Source of the DNA: an uncultured Aureispira sp.
GTDB taxonomy: Bacteria; Bacteroidota; Bacteroidia; Chitinophagales; Saprospiraceae
Direction of reading: 5' to 3'
NCBI GenBank assembly: GCA_964501555.1
Contig: CAZCTQ010000010.1
Span: 30,799-94,798, forward strand
DNA: 64,000 nucleotides
The position numbers and the translations under genes are program-made. Below the pieces are notes generated by a model. The model searched no databases. It was not told the origin of the DNA and saw only the letters and a program-made list of their open reading frames with translations. The first letter of the stretch is position 1, and every line of letters begins with the position of its first letter. Below are positions 52,672 through 62,639 of this stretch, in pieces.

Positions 52672-53094
52672 ATGTACCGTTGGGATTGTAATTATCGAGT
52701 CAGGTATGCAGATACAGACAAGATGGGTTATCTATATTATGGAAATTATCCGACACTATATGAGATAGGTAGGGTAGAGTTGATGCGAAGCCTTAATCTT
52801 ACTTATAGGGCATTGGAGGACGATCACAGGATTATGATGCCAGTAGCTTCGGTCGAATCCAGATATATTTTGCCTGCAAAATATGATGAGGAATTGACTA
52901 TTAGTACAATGGTCACCGTAAAACCAGGAAGATTGATTACATTTTATAGCGAGATTTATAATGAAAGCAAAACTTTAATCCATAAGGCTTGGGTAAATCT
53001 TGTCTTTGTCAATATGGATACACAAAAGAGCATTTCGTGTCCCGATTTTTTAATGAAACGCTTACTGCCTTATTTTGAAAGTGAAAAACAATAA
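52672..53094 (+). CDS. YbgC/FadM-type acyl-CoA thioesterase (4HBT hotdog fold)
   Basis: 140 aa with the YRVRYADTDKMGYLYYGNY N-terminal catalytic region. Confidence 0.85.
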   Translation: MYRWDCNYRVRYADTDKMGYLYYGNYPTLYEIGRVELMRSLNLTYRALEDDHRIMMPVASVESRYILPAKYDEELTISTMVTVKPGRLITFYSEIYNESKTLIHKAWVNLVFVNMDTQKSISCPDFLMKRLLPYFESEKQ

Positions 53095-54043
53095 ATACGT
53101 AAAGTATATATTAAATTTTCCCCTTGTTCGGGCTGTATTGCGATGGTCTAAATCCTATAGTCCTCCAGGATTTAGTGGTGTTTCTGTATTTAATGTAATT
53201 GATTTTGTAGTTAAGGAATTAAAAAAGGATAATATCACTACTCGCTCAAATTCTGTTGCTTTTAGTCTCTTTCTTTCTATCTTTCCAGCGATCATCTTTA
53301 TTTTTGCGTTGCTTCCTATGTTTCCGATAGTCAAAGATTATACGATGATGCTAAATGATTATCTTAAGGAAGCGCTTCCATCTAATGCCCATAACTACCT
53401 ATTTACGATAATTAATGATATTACTTCTATCAAACGAGATGGATTATTGTCAGTTGGTGCGATTTTAGCCTTGTATTTTTCCTCTAATGGGATGCTGACG
53501 CTTATGATGGGATTTGATAAAGCTCAAAATGAAGCCTTTCATGTTAGACCTTGGTGGCGCTCTAGGGTAGTAGCTTTTGTTTTGACGGTGATATTATTGT
53601 TACTTATGGTAGTGTCATTATTAATCACCATCGTAGAGGATACTATTTTGGAATGGTTGAGAACGACATTATCTGTTTCTGAGACTTTATTAAATTTTGC
53701 TTCTCTGTTCAATTGGCTGTTTGCTATCTTCGTTATCTATACGGGGATTAGCCTTATTTACACTTTTGGACCTTCTATGTATCGAAGGATTAGGTTTATT
53801 AATGTGGGATCTATTGTAGCTACTTTGCTCATGTTGCTTGCTTCGCTTGGATTTAGTTTTTTCATAGATAACTTTGGTAGATATAATGAAATTTATGGTT
53901 CGATAGGTGCACTTATTGTGTTTTTAGTATGGTTGCAATTTAATTCGATGATTTTGTTGATCGGTTTCGAGCTAAATACAGCATTAGTTAGCCAGCTTTA
54001 TATTGAAAAGAAGAAACAGGAGAGAGAAAAAATCAAATCCTGA
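53075..54043 (+). CDS. YihY/BrkB-family membrane protein
   Basis: 322 aa with six hydrophobic helices and the typical FSLFLSIFPAIIF and GSIGALIVFLVWLQ patterns. The start (TTG at 53075, overlapping the previous gene) is uncertain. Confidence 0.8.
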   Translation: MKVKNNKYVKYILNFPLVRAVLRWSKSYSPPGFSGVSVFNVIDFVVKELKKDNITTRSNSVAFSLFLSIFPAIIFIFALLPMFPIVKDYTMMLNDYLKEALPSNAHNYLFTIINDITSIKRDGLLSVGAILALYFSSNGMLTLMMGFDKAQNEAFHVRPWWRSRVVAFVLTVILLLLMVVSLLITIVEDTILEWLRTTLSVSETLLNFASLFNWLFAIFVIYTGISLIYTFGPSMYRRIRFINVGSIVATLLMLLASLGFSFFIDNFGRYNEIYGSIGALIVFLVWLQFNSMILLIGFELNTALVSQLYIEKKKQEREKIKS

Positions 54044-54092
54044 TGATCTCGGACTAAGCCTGACCAATTGCAATCTATTAGATTAAGAGCGA

Positions 54093-55337
54093 TTAAACAA
54101 CAACATCCACTTCCATTTTTTCGATGGTTAACTGAACCATCAAACTATTTTCCAAAAACTGTATGTTGTCTATTTTTGTCGTACTTAGCTTTGGAATCAG
54201 GGAGATCCGATTGTTGAAAATCTGTATTTCGGGTATTTTTTTGATATAGCTATCCATAAAGTTTTTGAGATTTAGTGGCGTGTTTTCATGGATTTTTTTA
54301 GTAATTGTGGATTCGATTACCGGAGAAACCATTTTATATATTAAGTTATTCGCATTGACTTTGACATCTAAGTTTTGCAGTTGAACCATTTGGGTGGCTT
54401 TGTCAAAGACCGGGTGACATACAATAGTAATCATTCCTTCAATTGGTGACAATAGGTTAGCTTTAATTTGTATATTTTTACTATTAACGATATTTATGCT
54501 GTCTAAGATCACTTTTTTACCACCAAACTCCAGACCATTAATTTCTGAAAGTGCCATGTTGGCAATAGTCTTATATGTAAATTCTGCAAAGGCTTCCTGA
54601 TAGTAGTCTTTAAACAATACATCTTTCCATACAAAGGTAGGATTAAATGGAGTATTTATATCTACTGGATTGTCTGATATTTTTACATCTATATCAAAGA
54701 ATAAATCAAGATTAAGATGCGTTTTGTCAGATTTAAGATGGTGGCTTATGATCTTATTTAATTGTGCATTAAAATATAGTTTTGGGTTATGGTACAATGT
54801 AAAATTGGTCGCATACTGTTGCCATTGTTTAGCAAGTAAAGCTTTTAAATCGAGCTTTCCCTTTATTACTTCATCTAATTTTGATAATACATTGTCCTTC
54901 ATAAAGTGGATGATGACGTCGCCCAGGATCTCTGCTGGCATATTGAAAGTACCTAAATGTACAATGGGTTTTTGCAACCATTTATAGTTTAACAACGAAC
55001 TGGTCGTTGTATAGGTTAAATCAGGAAGAATGTCATATGCTACCTCTACACATACAGAGATACTGCCATCTCCCTCAACAGAAAATAATCCTGCTCTCTT
55101 GTAAAAGGTAAAATCCAATGGTATTTCGATAATAACAGAACTGGAACAATCAGAAGTATGAATATTCAAATTTGAATTTTCAGGTTTCTTGAGTGTTATT
55201 TCATAGCTGTCAGCTGTTATTTTATGCTGGTTGTATTGTTGTATGTATTCATCAATAAATTTATTGATCTCCTCTTTGGATACATGCAAATTAAAATGAA
55301 TATTGTTATCTCCCATAATGAATGAATATAAATTCAA
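54093..55337 (-). CDS. Hypothetical protein (possibly DUF4403-like)
   Basis: A 414-aa ORF that is beta-rich with no obvious signal peptide. The family guess is from memory only. Confidence 0.55.
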   Translation of the reverse strand: MNLYSFIMGDNNIHFNLHVSKEEINKFIDEYIQQYNQHKITADSYEITLKKPENSNLNIHTSDCSSSVIIEIPLDFTFYKRAGLFSVEGDGSISVCVEVAYDILPDLTYTTTSSLLNYKWLQKPIVHLGTFNMPAEILGDVIIHFMKDNVLSKLDEVIKGKLDLKALLAKQWQQYATNFTLYHNPKLYFNAQLNKIISHHLKSDKTHLNLDLFFDIDVKISDNPVDINTPFNPTFVWKDVLFKDYYQEAFAEFTYKTIANMALSEINGLEFGGKKVILDSINIVNSKNIQIKANLLSPIEGMITIVCHPVFDKATQMVQLQNLDVKVNANNLIYKMVSPVIESTITKKIHENTPLNLKNFMDSYIKKIPEIQIFNNRISLIPKLSTTKIDNIQFLENSLMVQLTIEKMEVDVVV

Positions 55338-55564
55338 TCTGAATATTAATGACGCAAATGTATAATGATATTAAGTATTATTAAAATATAAATCGAATAA
55401 TAAAGTTCAATCTGTGTTCATTTAGTTGGATTTTGTAAATTTTGACCTGTATTTATGGAATATGGCTATTTATCATTAGGATTGGCATCATTTATGCACT
55501 CACTGCTTTCTATGGTTAAATTGCTAAATATCAATATATTGATCACTAATAATAACCCTGTAGT

Positions 55565-56026
55565 ATGAAATATAGAATGCTTACAACCGATGAGTTGGAT
55601 GGATTTAGAGAAGAATTTGTAATTTTTTTGTCAGCCAATGGCATTGATAATACAAAGTGGATTTCCTTAAAAAGTGATCATAAAGAAAAGGCCTATGGTG
55701 TTCTGGAAGCATTTAGTGATTTTATCTTCGAAAGTATATTAAACAAAATTAAGTATTTAGAGTTTTTTGACGGACAAAACTTGCTGGCTTTTCAATGTGG
55801 AGATATCAAAATACACCTGATTGGGTTAGAAAGTAAGCAGCAATATGACACTATAGATCAAATGTTAGCATCTATGCATCAAACACCGAAAGACTTTAGG
55901 CTTTTTCAACAGGAAAAGGAATATTATCCTGACAGAAATACTGAGCTATTTCGAATGGCTGAGTCAGGTGCTAAAATATGTGATCAAGGGATGTATGACT
56001 ACTTGATTCAATTTATAAAAAAATAA
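55565..56026 (+). CDS. Hypothetical cytoplasmic protein
   Basis: A clean 153-aa ORF with its own downstream hairpin. No family was recognised. Confidence 0.55.
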   Translation: MKYRMLTTDELDGFREEFVIFLSANGIDNTKWISLKSDHKEKAYGVLEAFSDFIFESILNKIKYLEFFDGQNLLAFQCGDIKIHLIGLESKQQYDTIDQMLASMHQTPKDFRLFQQEKEYYPDRNTELFRMAESGAKICDQGMYDYLIQFIKK

Positions 56027-56076
56027 ATAATTCTTAAAATCTACCCATTTGGCAAAGCTCAGACAAATTCCTGGAT

Positions 56077-56108
56077 CTTAGTCATACTCTAGCTTACTTA
56101 TGACTAAG
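56077..56108 (+). terminator. Hairpin terminator between convergent genes
   Basis: CTTAGTCATA (56077-56086) pairs with TATGACTAAG (56099-56108) and is followed by T-rich sequence. Confidence 0.45.
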
Positions 56109-56157
56109 TTTGTTGGTTATTTTAACATCTAATTAATTAATTTATATAGGAATGATA

Positions 56158-56724
56158 TTAATCGTTTGCAGGTTTGGCTATATTACTCATAAGAACATAA
56201 GTCGTAAAAATATATAATAATATAGAAATTAGGATCATATAGAAACCTGTTTCTCTTTGTTGGTCTATGCTAAATGAGCTGCACAAAAGTAAGTTAAATA
56301 CCCGGAGCGTGATGCCTACTGCCATAATCATGGCTGCCATCATCCCTAGGAAAAATATTTTTATTTCGAAAATCGTGCCTTTAAGTAAGGAGTTCGTTAG
56401 TAAGCCTGCTATAAAGACGTGCAGATTCATCATTTTGTCAATCGAAGGATTCAATGCTGCTAGATCTACTGATTTGGGCAACATCCAAAATATAAGCGTA
56501 AACATGATGAAAATAATCATAGCTACATTTACAAAGTTGTTTTTAGTTCTGAGTTTCCATCCGTATCTTCCTATAATGATACCTCCAAAAAACATAATAG
56601 GCAATTCAATGACTTGGTGTCGAGTCATAGTTTTTGACATCCATTCATTAAGTGGGAAGGCAACAACAAACAAAGTCGTTGTGACCAAGATTAAAATTAT
56701 GTATTTTTTGATTTTTGAATCCAT
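56158..56724 (-). CDS. Small polytopic membrane protein, last gene of the oxidase cluster (orf1/CtaG-like position)
   Basis: 188 aa with 5-6 hydrophobic helices. It overlaps the SCO gene by 28 nt, which implies co-transcription. Confidence 0.6.
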   Translation of the reverse strand: MDSKIKKYIILILVTTTLFVVAFPLNEWMSKTMTRHQVIELPIMFFGGIIIGRYGWKLRTKNNFVNVAMIIFIMFTLIFWMLPKSVDLAALNPSIDKMMNLHVFIAGLLTNSLLKGTIFEIKIFFLGMMAAMIMAVGITLRVFNLLLCSSFSIDQQRETGFYMILISILLYIFTTYVLMSNIAKPAND

Positions 56725-57329
56725 GGCAATATTTTATGGATGATTGCTTCGTCATCTTCTCTTGCAGGGTCAAAAACGGCTATAAGCTCATTATCAGGTG
56801 ATAATAAAAAGAGATACACAGCATGATTGATTATTCCTGTAAGATTAGCAGGTTTAGCCCATATACCGACGTTTAAAAGGTACTTGTCAAAATCTTCCTT
56901 AGCAATTTTATCCGGAATAGCAAATGTCCATCCTTGGATATCGTCCGAAAATCGAGCCCTATAATTCTTGATTTTTCTTATATTGTCATAAGTCAGGTCA
57001 AAACTGATCGTCACTAACTCTAATTTGGCGGGTATAATTATATCACTGACGGTATGATAGATTTCATCCAAGCGATTATTGACTTTGTGGCATACAAGAG
57101 GACAATTTAAATAGACGTAATTGACTAATTTATATTTTTTTTTGTCACTTAATTTAAAGGAAATACTATCCTGATTCATTAATTGGATATCGGGAAATTG
57201 TCTTGGCAAACTGCCGGCTTTATGCAGTGTATCCGAAAACACTGTAAATGCAGTAAAGCCGGCAGTCCATTGATAAATTACAAAAATACACAGTATGAAT
57301 GTAAAAATCGGAATAAAAACTTTATTCAT
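56697..57329 (-). CDS. SCO1/SenC-family copper chaperone (thioredoxin fold)
   Basis: 210 aa with an N-terminal TM anchor, a CxxxC motif (C76-PLV-C80, followed by H) and a downstream conserved His (INHAVYLFLL). Confidence 0.8.
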   Translation of the reverse strand: MNKVFIPIFTFILCIFVIYQWTAGFTAFTVFSDTLHKAGSLPRQFPDIQLMNQDSISFKLSDKKKYKLVNYVYLNCPLVCHKVNNRLDEIYHTVSDIIIPAKLELVTISFDLTYDNIRKIKNYRARFSDDIQGWTFAIPDKIAKEDFDKYLLNVGIWAKPANLTGIINHAVYLFLLSPDNELIAVFDPAREDDEAIIHKILPWIQKSKNT

Positions 57330-57366
57330 ATAGTGTCCTTTTATATATTTATTAATTTTATGATAT

Positions 57367-58833
57367 TTACTCTTTTAGATTCTGTAAAAGCCGTTTGATT
57401 AAGCCGCCATACATACTCAATAGCCCAATCATTAGAAGTACGATAAATACTACCGCTACCTTTGCTAATAAACTACCAGTCTCATGCACTGATTGTGTAT
57501 TAACTCCGGCATAATCAGAAAATCGTCTTGGGATACTGTATAGACCACCCAAATAAAACATGAGTAAGAATCCGTAAGAACCCGTAACAAATAGCTTGAA
57601 ATCCCAGCCTGGTTTGATATCGTTTTCAGTGTTTTCGCCTGTACTAAAATAATATAAGAAGGCAAATATAATGAGGACAATACCCATGAGCATATAAGTA
57701 TGAAAATGCGCTGGCACCCAAAGCGTATTGTGTAGAGCTCTGTTTATAGCAATAGTCGAGTCCACAACAGCGGCAAAACCACCGATAGCCCATCCTGCTA
57801 CACCCAATAAAAACATGGTGGGCACAATGCTCCATCTGACCTTTGACCGGTAAAATTGTCCTATTACGCCAAACATAGTTACTGCAGTAGCCGGTATAGA
57901 GCTAAAGTATGACGCAAATTGTCCAAGATACTGTAATGTAAGCGGCTGGACAAAATCCATATATAAATGATGAAAATATGCAAAAAGGATAAAGAAGAAG
58001 GTCGCATTCCATGCTATTACTACTAATTTAGTTACCTTCCAGTCACGATGAGTGAATTCTGGCAAGATAGCATATAACCATGCGATTCCGATATACATAG
58101 TCGCATTAACTATAGTATGACCAAAGAAGAAAATAATATTTTTCATCATCAATGGATCTAAAGACAGGCTTGGTTCGAAGTATTGAAGTATAAATAATAA
58201 ATCCATCACAGCACCTGCCAATACTGCAAATATACTCGCTAGTACACTTACCGTCGTGATGAGTATAATAGCAGGAAGATCTTCCTTAGACTCCGTTTTT
58301 GAATAGTATTGCCATCCTATGATATTACTGAAGCCACCATATTGTTTGGCTACTGCAAATAATATATGCAGACATAGAATTAACCAAGAAATGCCTAATA
58401 TTAAAATTGAAAAAAAGGTAACACCCAACGACCAGTCCGTCCAGTAAGCACCTTTAAAGGGAAGTGGGTATAGCATGTACCATCCTGCACCAAATTCGCC
58501 TATAAGTGTTCCCATAACAAGACCTACGACACCGATAACGACGCCATAAAATACATAATATCCTAATCTGACATTTAGATTTGTATATCTGGTACCCAAA
58601 AGATAAAATAAAGAGGCGAGTGCAATACTAAATAATACACCTGCCATCCCGAGACCGTGAAGTGTCATAAAAGAATAGAATTTACTCATGGAGATATCAA
58701 CTATCTCGCCCTGCTTTATACGCATGAGCAAACCTAAAGTTATTAAAAAGGGGAATAATATAAGGAATGTAATTCCCCAGGTACCAAAGAGCTTTTTGTG
58801 CTGCTGCTTTTCAGCTGTATTTATCTGAATCAT
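57367..58833 (-). CDS. Heme-copper oxidoreductase subunit I, B-family-related, with Asn at the cross-link Tyr position (sNOR/NorS-like)
   Basis: 488 aa, about 12 TM helices. The six canonical His are present: H59 (TLHG), H239 (GHTIVN), H288/H289 (FHHLY) and H376/H378 (AHFH). The residue at H+4 is N243 (codon 58105-58107), not Tyr. Confidence 0.9.
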   Translation of the reverse strand: MIQINTAEKQQHKKLFGTWGITFLILFPFLITLGLLMRIKQGEIVDISMSKFYSFMTLHGLGMAGVLFSIALASLFYLLGTRYTNLNVRLGYYVFYGVVIGVVGLVMGTLIGEFGAGWYMLYPLPFKGAYWTDWSLGVTFFSILILGISWLILCLHILFAVAKQYGGFSNIIGWQYYSKTESKEDLPAIILITTVSVLASIFAVLAGAVMDLLFILQYFEPSLSLDPLMMKNIIFFFGHTIVNATMYIGIAWLYAILPEFTHRDWKVTKLVVIAWNATFFFILFAYFHHLYMDFVQPLTLQYLGQFASYFSSIPATAVTMFGVIGQFYRSKVRWSIVPTMFLLGVAGWAIGGFAAVVDSTIAINRALHNTLWVPAHFHTYMLMGIVLIIFAFLYYFSTGENTENDIKPGWDFKLFVTGSYGFLLMFYLGGLYSIPRRFSDYAGVNTQSVHETGSLLAKVAVVFIVLLMIGLLSMYGGLIKRLLQNLKE

Positions 58834-58855
58834 GATTTTTAATATTATTTAGGAG

Positions 58856-59443
58856 TTATTCAACATGAATTTTGGCTACCATATAGGCATGAGGCATACC
58901 GCAATATTCAAGGCAGATGACTTCGTATTCACCCTTTTCATCAAACATATACTGAAGGTTGTTTGTATATTTAGGCATTGCCTGTGTCTGAGTTATGAGT
59001 ACGCCTTTGCTATTGTAAATTGCAAAATTGTGATTTACGTCAGCTGAAGTAACTTTAAAGTCGATCAGCTTGTTGACAGGAACTGTAATCTCGTTTTTCC
59101 CATCAAAAGCTACCAGATCCTGATCTGCAGAGATAGTACCAACGCTCATCTTCCACAGCCATTGCATTGCAACAACACTTACGGTCATGTCTGCTTTTTT
59201 CTGGAATTTAGGGTAGGGCAGCATACTTAGTGATGTGATAAGCACAATAAGGATTGTCAGAGCTAAACCCAAAAAATATTTGTCGCGCATTTTATAAACT
59301 TTGGCTTTTGCGCTGACCTTGTCTTCGTAATCTGAAGACGTTCTGAATAAAAATACAACCACACTTACTACCAAAAGTGCACCTAAAAGGGATACCAAGG
59401 CAGCCGTTGATTGAATAGTTAAAGGTGAAATAATCAGACCCAT
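58856..59443 (-). CDS. Heme-copper oxidoreductase subunit II with complete CuA site (NorY-like position)
   Basis: 195 aa with two N-terminal TM helices and a cupredoxin domain. CuA ligands are DVNH and C177-LEY-C181-GMP-H185-AY-M188 (58880-58915). Confidence 0.88.
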   Translation of the reverse strand: MGLIISPLTIQSTAALVSLLGALLVVSVVVFLFRTSSDYEDKVSAKAKVYKMRDKYFLGLALTILIVLITSLSMLPYPKFQKKADMTVSVVAMQWLWKMSVGTISADQDLVAFDGKNEITVPVNKLIDFKVTSADVNHNFAIYNSKGVLITQTQAMPKYTNNLQYMFDEKGEYEVICLEYCGMPHAYMVAKIHVE

Positions 59444-59881
59444 AATTTAGAATTGTTTAGATAGTGAATAAAAAAATGATCGAATTTTAATATAAATTCA
59501 TAACTCAACTAGTATTAGGAAGCTTATAAAATATCTGTAAATTCATAGATTTAAAATTTTATATTTTGTATGATTAAAATTCAAAATATTGTATTAATTA
59601 CATTGCTCTTTTAATTGATTAATTTAGTATGTCACAAATCTCGTTCATATTCAAAACTCAAAAATAAGATATTTTTGTCTTAATATTTCTAATTTTATTA
59701 AAAAATATATTTTTTTAGCAAAATAATTATTTTGTCACTCATGTATTTTATTAAAATTTAATATTTATTTATGGCGCAAGAGCTTGAATAGTCTGGTATC
59801 TACACTAACACTTTTTGAATGATCTTAGAAGTAGAATGCATCTTTAATAGCAATTGTAATCGATTTATTGAAAAGTATTTT

Positions 59882-59889
59882 TACATTTG
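59882..59889 (+). promoter_or_regulatory. Candidate Bacteroidota -7 promoter box (TAnnTTTG)
   Basis: TACATTTG lies 40 nt upstream of the preferred ATG (59929) of the Gfo/Idh/MocA gene. Confidence 0.25.
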
Positions 59890-59928
59890 TGCTTGTTCAT
59901 CGTTTTTAAATTACCAGATAAATATATT

Positions 59929-61284
59929 ATGGAAAGGAGAAAGTTTATAAAAGATACATCTAAAGCCGCTGCCTTGGTAGTTATGGTACCGTCTTTTTCA
60001 ATCATCTCAAATTTTGGCAAAGAAAAGGTAAAACTTGGTTATATAGGTGTAGGCGCAAGAGGGCTAGGCACCCTTAAACTCGGACTCGATCGTGATGATG
60101 TCGAAGTAACAGCTATCTGTGATATTGATCCTATAACACTCAAGAGGGCAACCGATATGATCAAAAAAATGGATAAAAAGGAGCCTAAGATATACACAGG
60201 TAGTGATACAGAATATAAAGCGATGCTTGAGGATAAAAATATAGATGCTGTTATAATAAGTACGCCGTGGGAATGGCACACTCCTATGTCTTTAGATGCC
60301 ATGAATGCTGGTAAGGCAGTAGGTTGCGAAGTGGCCGGAGCGATGAGTATAGACGAATGCTGGCAATTGGTCAGAACTCATGAGCGCACGAAAAGTCCAT
60401 TTATGATATTGGAAAATGTTTGTTATCGTCGAGATGTGATGGCTATTCTTAATATGGCTAGACAGGATATGTTTGGTGAAATGATCCATTTAGAAGGAGG
60501 TTATCAACATGATTTGAGGGAAGTGAAATTTAATGATGGGGTAAATTATTATGGTGGTGGAGTTGAGTTTGGTGATAAGGGATACTCTGAGGCTAGGTGG
60601 CGTACTACACACTCCGTTTACAGAAATGGCGATTTATACCCGACTCATGGTGTTGGACCCGTAGGTAGCTTTATCCATAATAACCGCGGCAATCGCTTTG
60701 AATATTTGACTTCTATGTCATCCAAGGCACGAGGTTTGCACGATTATATAGTGAACAACCCTAATGGTGGACCTGAACATCCAAATGCTAAAATAAAATT
60801 CAAGTTGGGGGATGTTGTCACTACCCATATCATGACTTCTAATGGGGAAACAATCACACTTACCCATGATACAAACCTGCCACGACCTTATTCTATAGGA
60901 TTTAGAGTGCAAGGTACAAAAGGCCTCTGGATGGATGTAAATAAATCGCTCTATATAGAAGGTAGAAGCCCCGCACACAAATGGGAAGAGGCTGATCCTT
61001 ACTTAAAAGAATATGATCATCCACTTTGGAAAAAATATGAAAGCGTTGCAGCCGGTGCTGGTCATGGTGGTATGGACTGGTTTGTACTTAATGCTTTTAT
61101 TGAAGCATTTAAACGTAAAGAACCCATGCCGTTAGATGTATATGATCATGCTTCGTGGTCGGCTATTACCTGCTTGTCGGAGCAATCTATAGCACAGGGA
61201 AGTGAACCACAACCTTTTCCAGACTTTACGGACGGCAAATGGATGACACGTAAACCTATTTTTGCGTTTAATGATGTGTATTAA
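59929..61284 (+). CDS. Tat-exported Gfo/Idh/MocA-family NAD-dependent oxidoreductase, GH109-like
   Basis: The ORF track starts at 59887. I prefer the ATG at 59929 because it gives a twin-arginine signal (MERRKFIKDTSKAAALVV). It has the Rossmann motif GYIGVGARG. The size and pattern resemble Bacteroidota GH109 alpha-N-acetylgalactosaminidase-type enzymes (from memory). Confidence 0.75.
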   Translation: MERRKFIKDTSKAAALVVMVPSFSIISNFGKEKVKLGYIGVGARGLGTLKLGLDRDDVEVTAICDIDPITLKRATDMIKKMDKKEPKIYTGSDTEYKAMLEDKNIDAVIISTPWEWHTPMSLDAMNAGKAVGCEVAGAMSIDECWQLVRTHERTKSPFMILENVCYRRDVMAILNMARQDMFGEMIHLEGGYQHDLREVKFNDGVNYYGGGVEFGDKGYSEARWRTTHSVYRNGDLYPTHGVGPVGSFIHNNRGNRFEYLTSMSSKARGLHDYIVNNPNGGPEHPNAKIKFKLGDVVTTHIMTSNGETITLTHDTNLPRPYSIGFRVQGTKGLWMDVNKSLYIEGRSPAHKWEEADPYLKEYDHPLWKKYESVAAGAGHGGMDWFVLNAFIEAFKRKEPMPLDVYDHASWSAITCLSEQSIAQGSEPQPFPDFTDGKWMTRKPIFAFNDVY

Positions 61285-61375
61285 GCCTATCACAAAATAA
61301 ATATCTACATAGATAATACCTTTTGTGATTTTCAATTTAAATTAGGCAAATTGGCTAGGTTAATCGGATTAAAAT

Positions 61376-61414
61376 AAAAAAAGAGCCTTCATGCAGTATG
61401 AAAGCTCTTTTTTT
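61376..61414. terminator. Bidirectional rho-independent terminator
   Basis: AAAAAAAGAGC (61376-61386) pairs with GCTCTTTTTTT (61404-61414). An inner TTCAT/ATGAA extension follows across one mismatch. It lies between convergent genes. Confidence 0.7.
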
Positions 61415-61436
61415 CTAAAAGAATATTTTATATCTA

Positions 61437-62639
61437 CTACCCAAATGCATTAAATCCAGTAACATCCATCCCCGTAATCAATAAATGAATATCGTGAGTA
61501 CCTTCATAAGTAACTACAGATTCAAGATTCATCATATGTCTCATTATTGGGTATTCGGAAGTGATACCCATACCGCCGTGCATCTGACGTGCTTCTCGAG
61601 CAATTTCTAAAGCCATAGCCACATTATTGCGCTTAGCCATAGATATCTGCGCTGGTGTCGCTTTGCCTTGGTTAGCCAGTGTGCCTAATCGCCATACTAA
61701 TAACTGTGCTTTAGTTATTTCTGTTATCATTTCTGCCAGTTTCTTCTGAGTAAGTTGGAATTCACCTAATTTCTTACCAAACTGCTCACGTTCTTTGCTG
61801 TAGCGCAATGCTGAGTCATAGCAATCTAAAGCAGCTCCTAAAGCACCCCAAGCGATCCCATAACGTGCTTTAGAAAGACAGCTAAGAGGGCCTTTTAATC
61901 CTCGGATTTCAGGAAATACATTGGATTTAGGTACACGTACATCTTCAAACACTAATTCTCCTGTTACAGATGCTCTTAATGACCACTTACCGTGTATTTC
62001 AGGTGCTGAAAAGCCTTTCATGTCTTTTTCGACGACCATACCGCGGATGATGCCTTCTTCGTCTTTTGCCCATACGACTGCGATATCTGCAACGGGCGAA
62101 TTGGTAATCCACATTTTGGCACCATTTAATATATATGCGTCGCCATCATCCTTGATATTGGTAATCATACCGGCAGGATTAGAACCATGGTCTGGCTCTG
62201 TTAATCCAAAGCAGCCGATAAACTCGCCACTACCTAATTTAGGTAGGTATTTACGTCGCTGTTCCTCACTTCCAAATCTGAAAATAGGATACATCACTAA
62301 CGAACCTTGGACAGATGCCATCGATCTGATACCCGAGTCTCCTCGCTCTAATTCCTGCATAATCACACCGTAGGCGATCTCGTCCATTCCTCCACCACCA
62401 TATTCTGCTGGTAAGCTCGGACCAAAAGCACCTACCTCAGCTAAGCCTTTAAATAGATGAACAGGGCAAGCAGCTCTATTGGCATAGTCCTCGATGATCG
62501 GACTTACTTCCTGTTTGACCCACTCTCTTACCGCATCACGGGCCAACAAATGATCCTCACTCAATAGCTCATCTATACCGTAGTAATCATGATGCTCGTA
62601 TAGGTCTGTTTTGGACGATTTTTTAACTTCTCCACTCAT
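61437..62639 (-). CDS. Glutaryl-CoA dehydrogenase-type acyl-CoA dehydrogenase
   Basis: 400 aa with the acyl-CoA dehydrogenase fold pattern (GCFGLTEPDHGSNP). The C-terminal VTYEGTHDIHLLITG is typical of the GCDH subgroup. Confidence 0.85.
   Translation of the reverse strand: MSGEVKKSSKTDLYEHHDYYGIDELLSEDHLLARDAVREWVKQEVSPIIEDYANRAACPVHLFKGLAEVGAFGPSLPAEYGGGGMDEIAYGVIMQELERGDSGIRSMASVQGSLVMYPIFRFGSEEQRRKYLPKLGSGEFIGCFGLTEPDHGSNPAGMITNIKDDGDAYILNGAKMWITNSPVADIAVVWAKDEEGIIRGMVVEKDMKGFSAPEIHGKWSLRASVTGELVFEDVRVPKSNVFPEIRGLKGPLSCLSKARYGIAWGALGAALDCYDSALRYSKEREQFGKKLGEFQLTQKKLAEMITEITKAQLLVWRLGTLANQGKATPAQISMAKRNNVAMALEIAREARQMHGGMGITSEYPIMRHMMNLESVVTYEGTHDIHLLITGMDVTGFNAFG

Noticed and set aside
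56267-56743. 158-aa plus-strand ORF overlapping the small membrane gene of the oxidase cluster
   Set aside because: The minus-strand frame gives regular TM helices and is translationally coupled to the SCO gene, which it overlaps. The plus-strand frame has no context, being convergent into the cluster.
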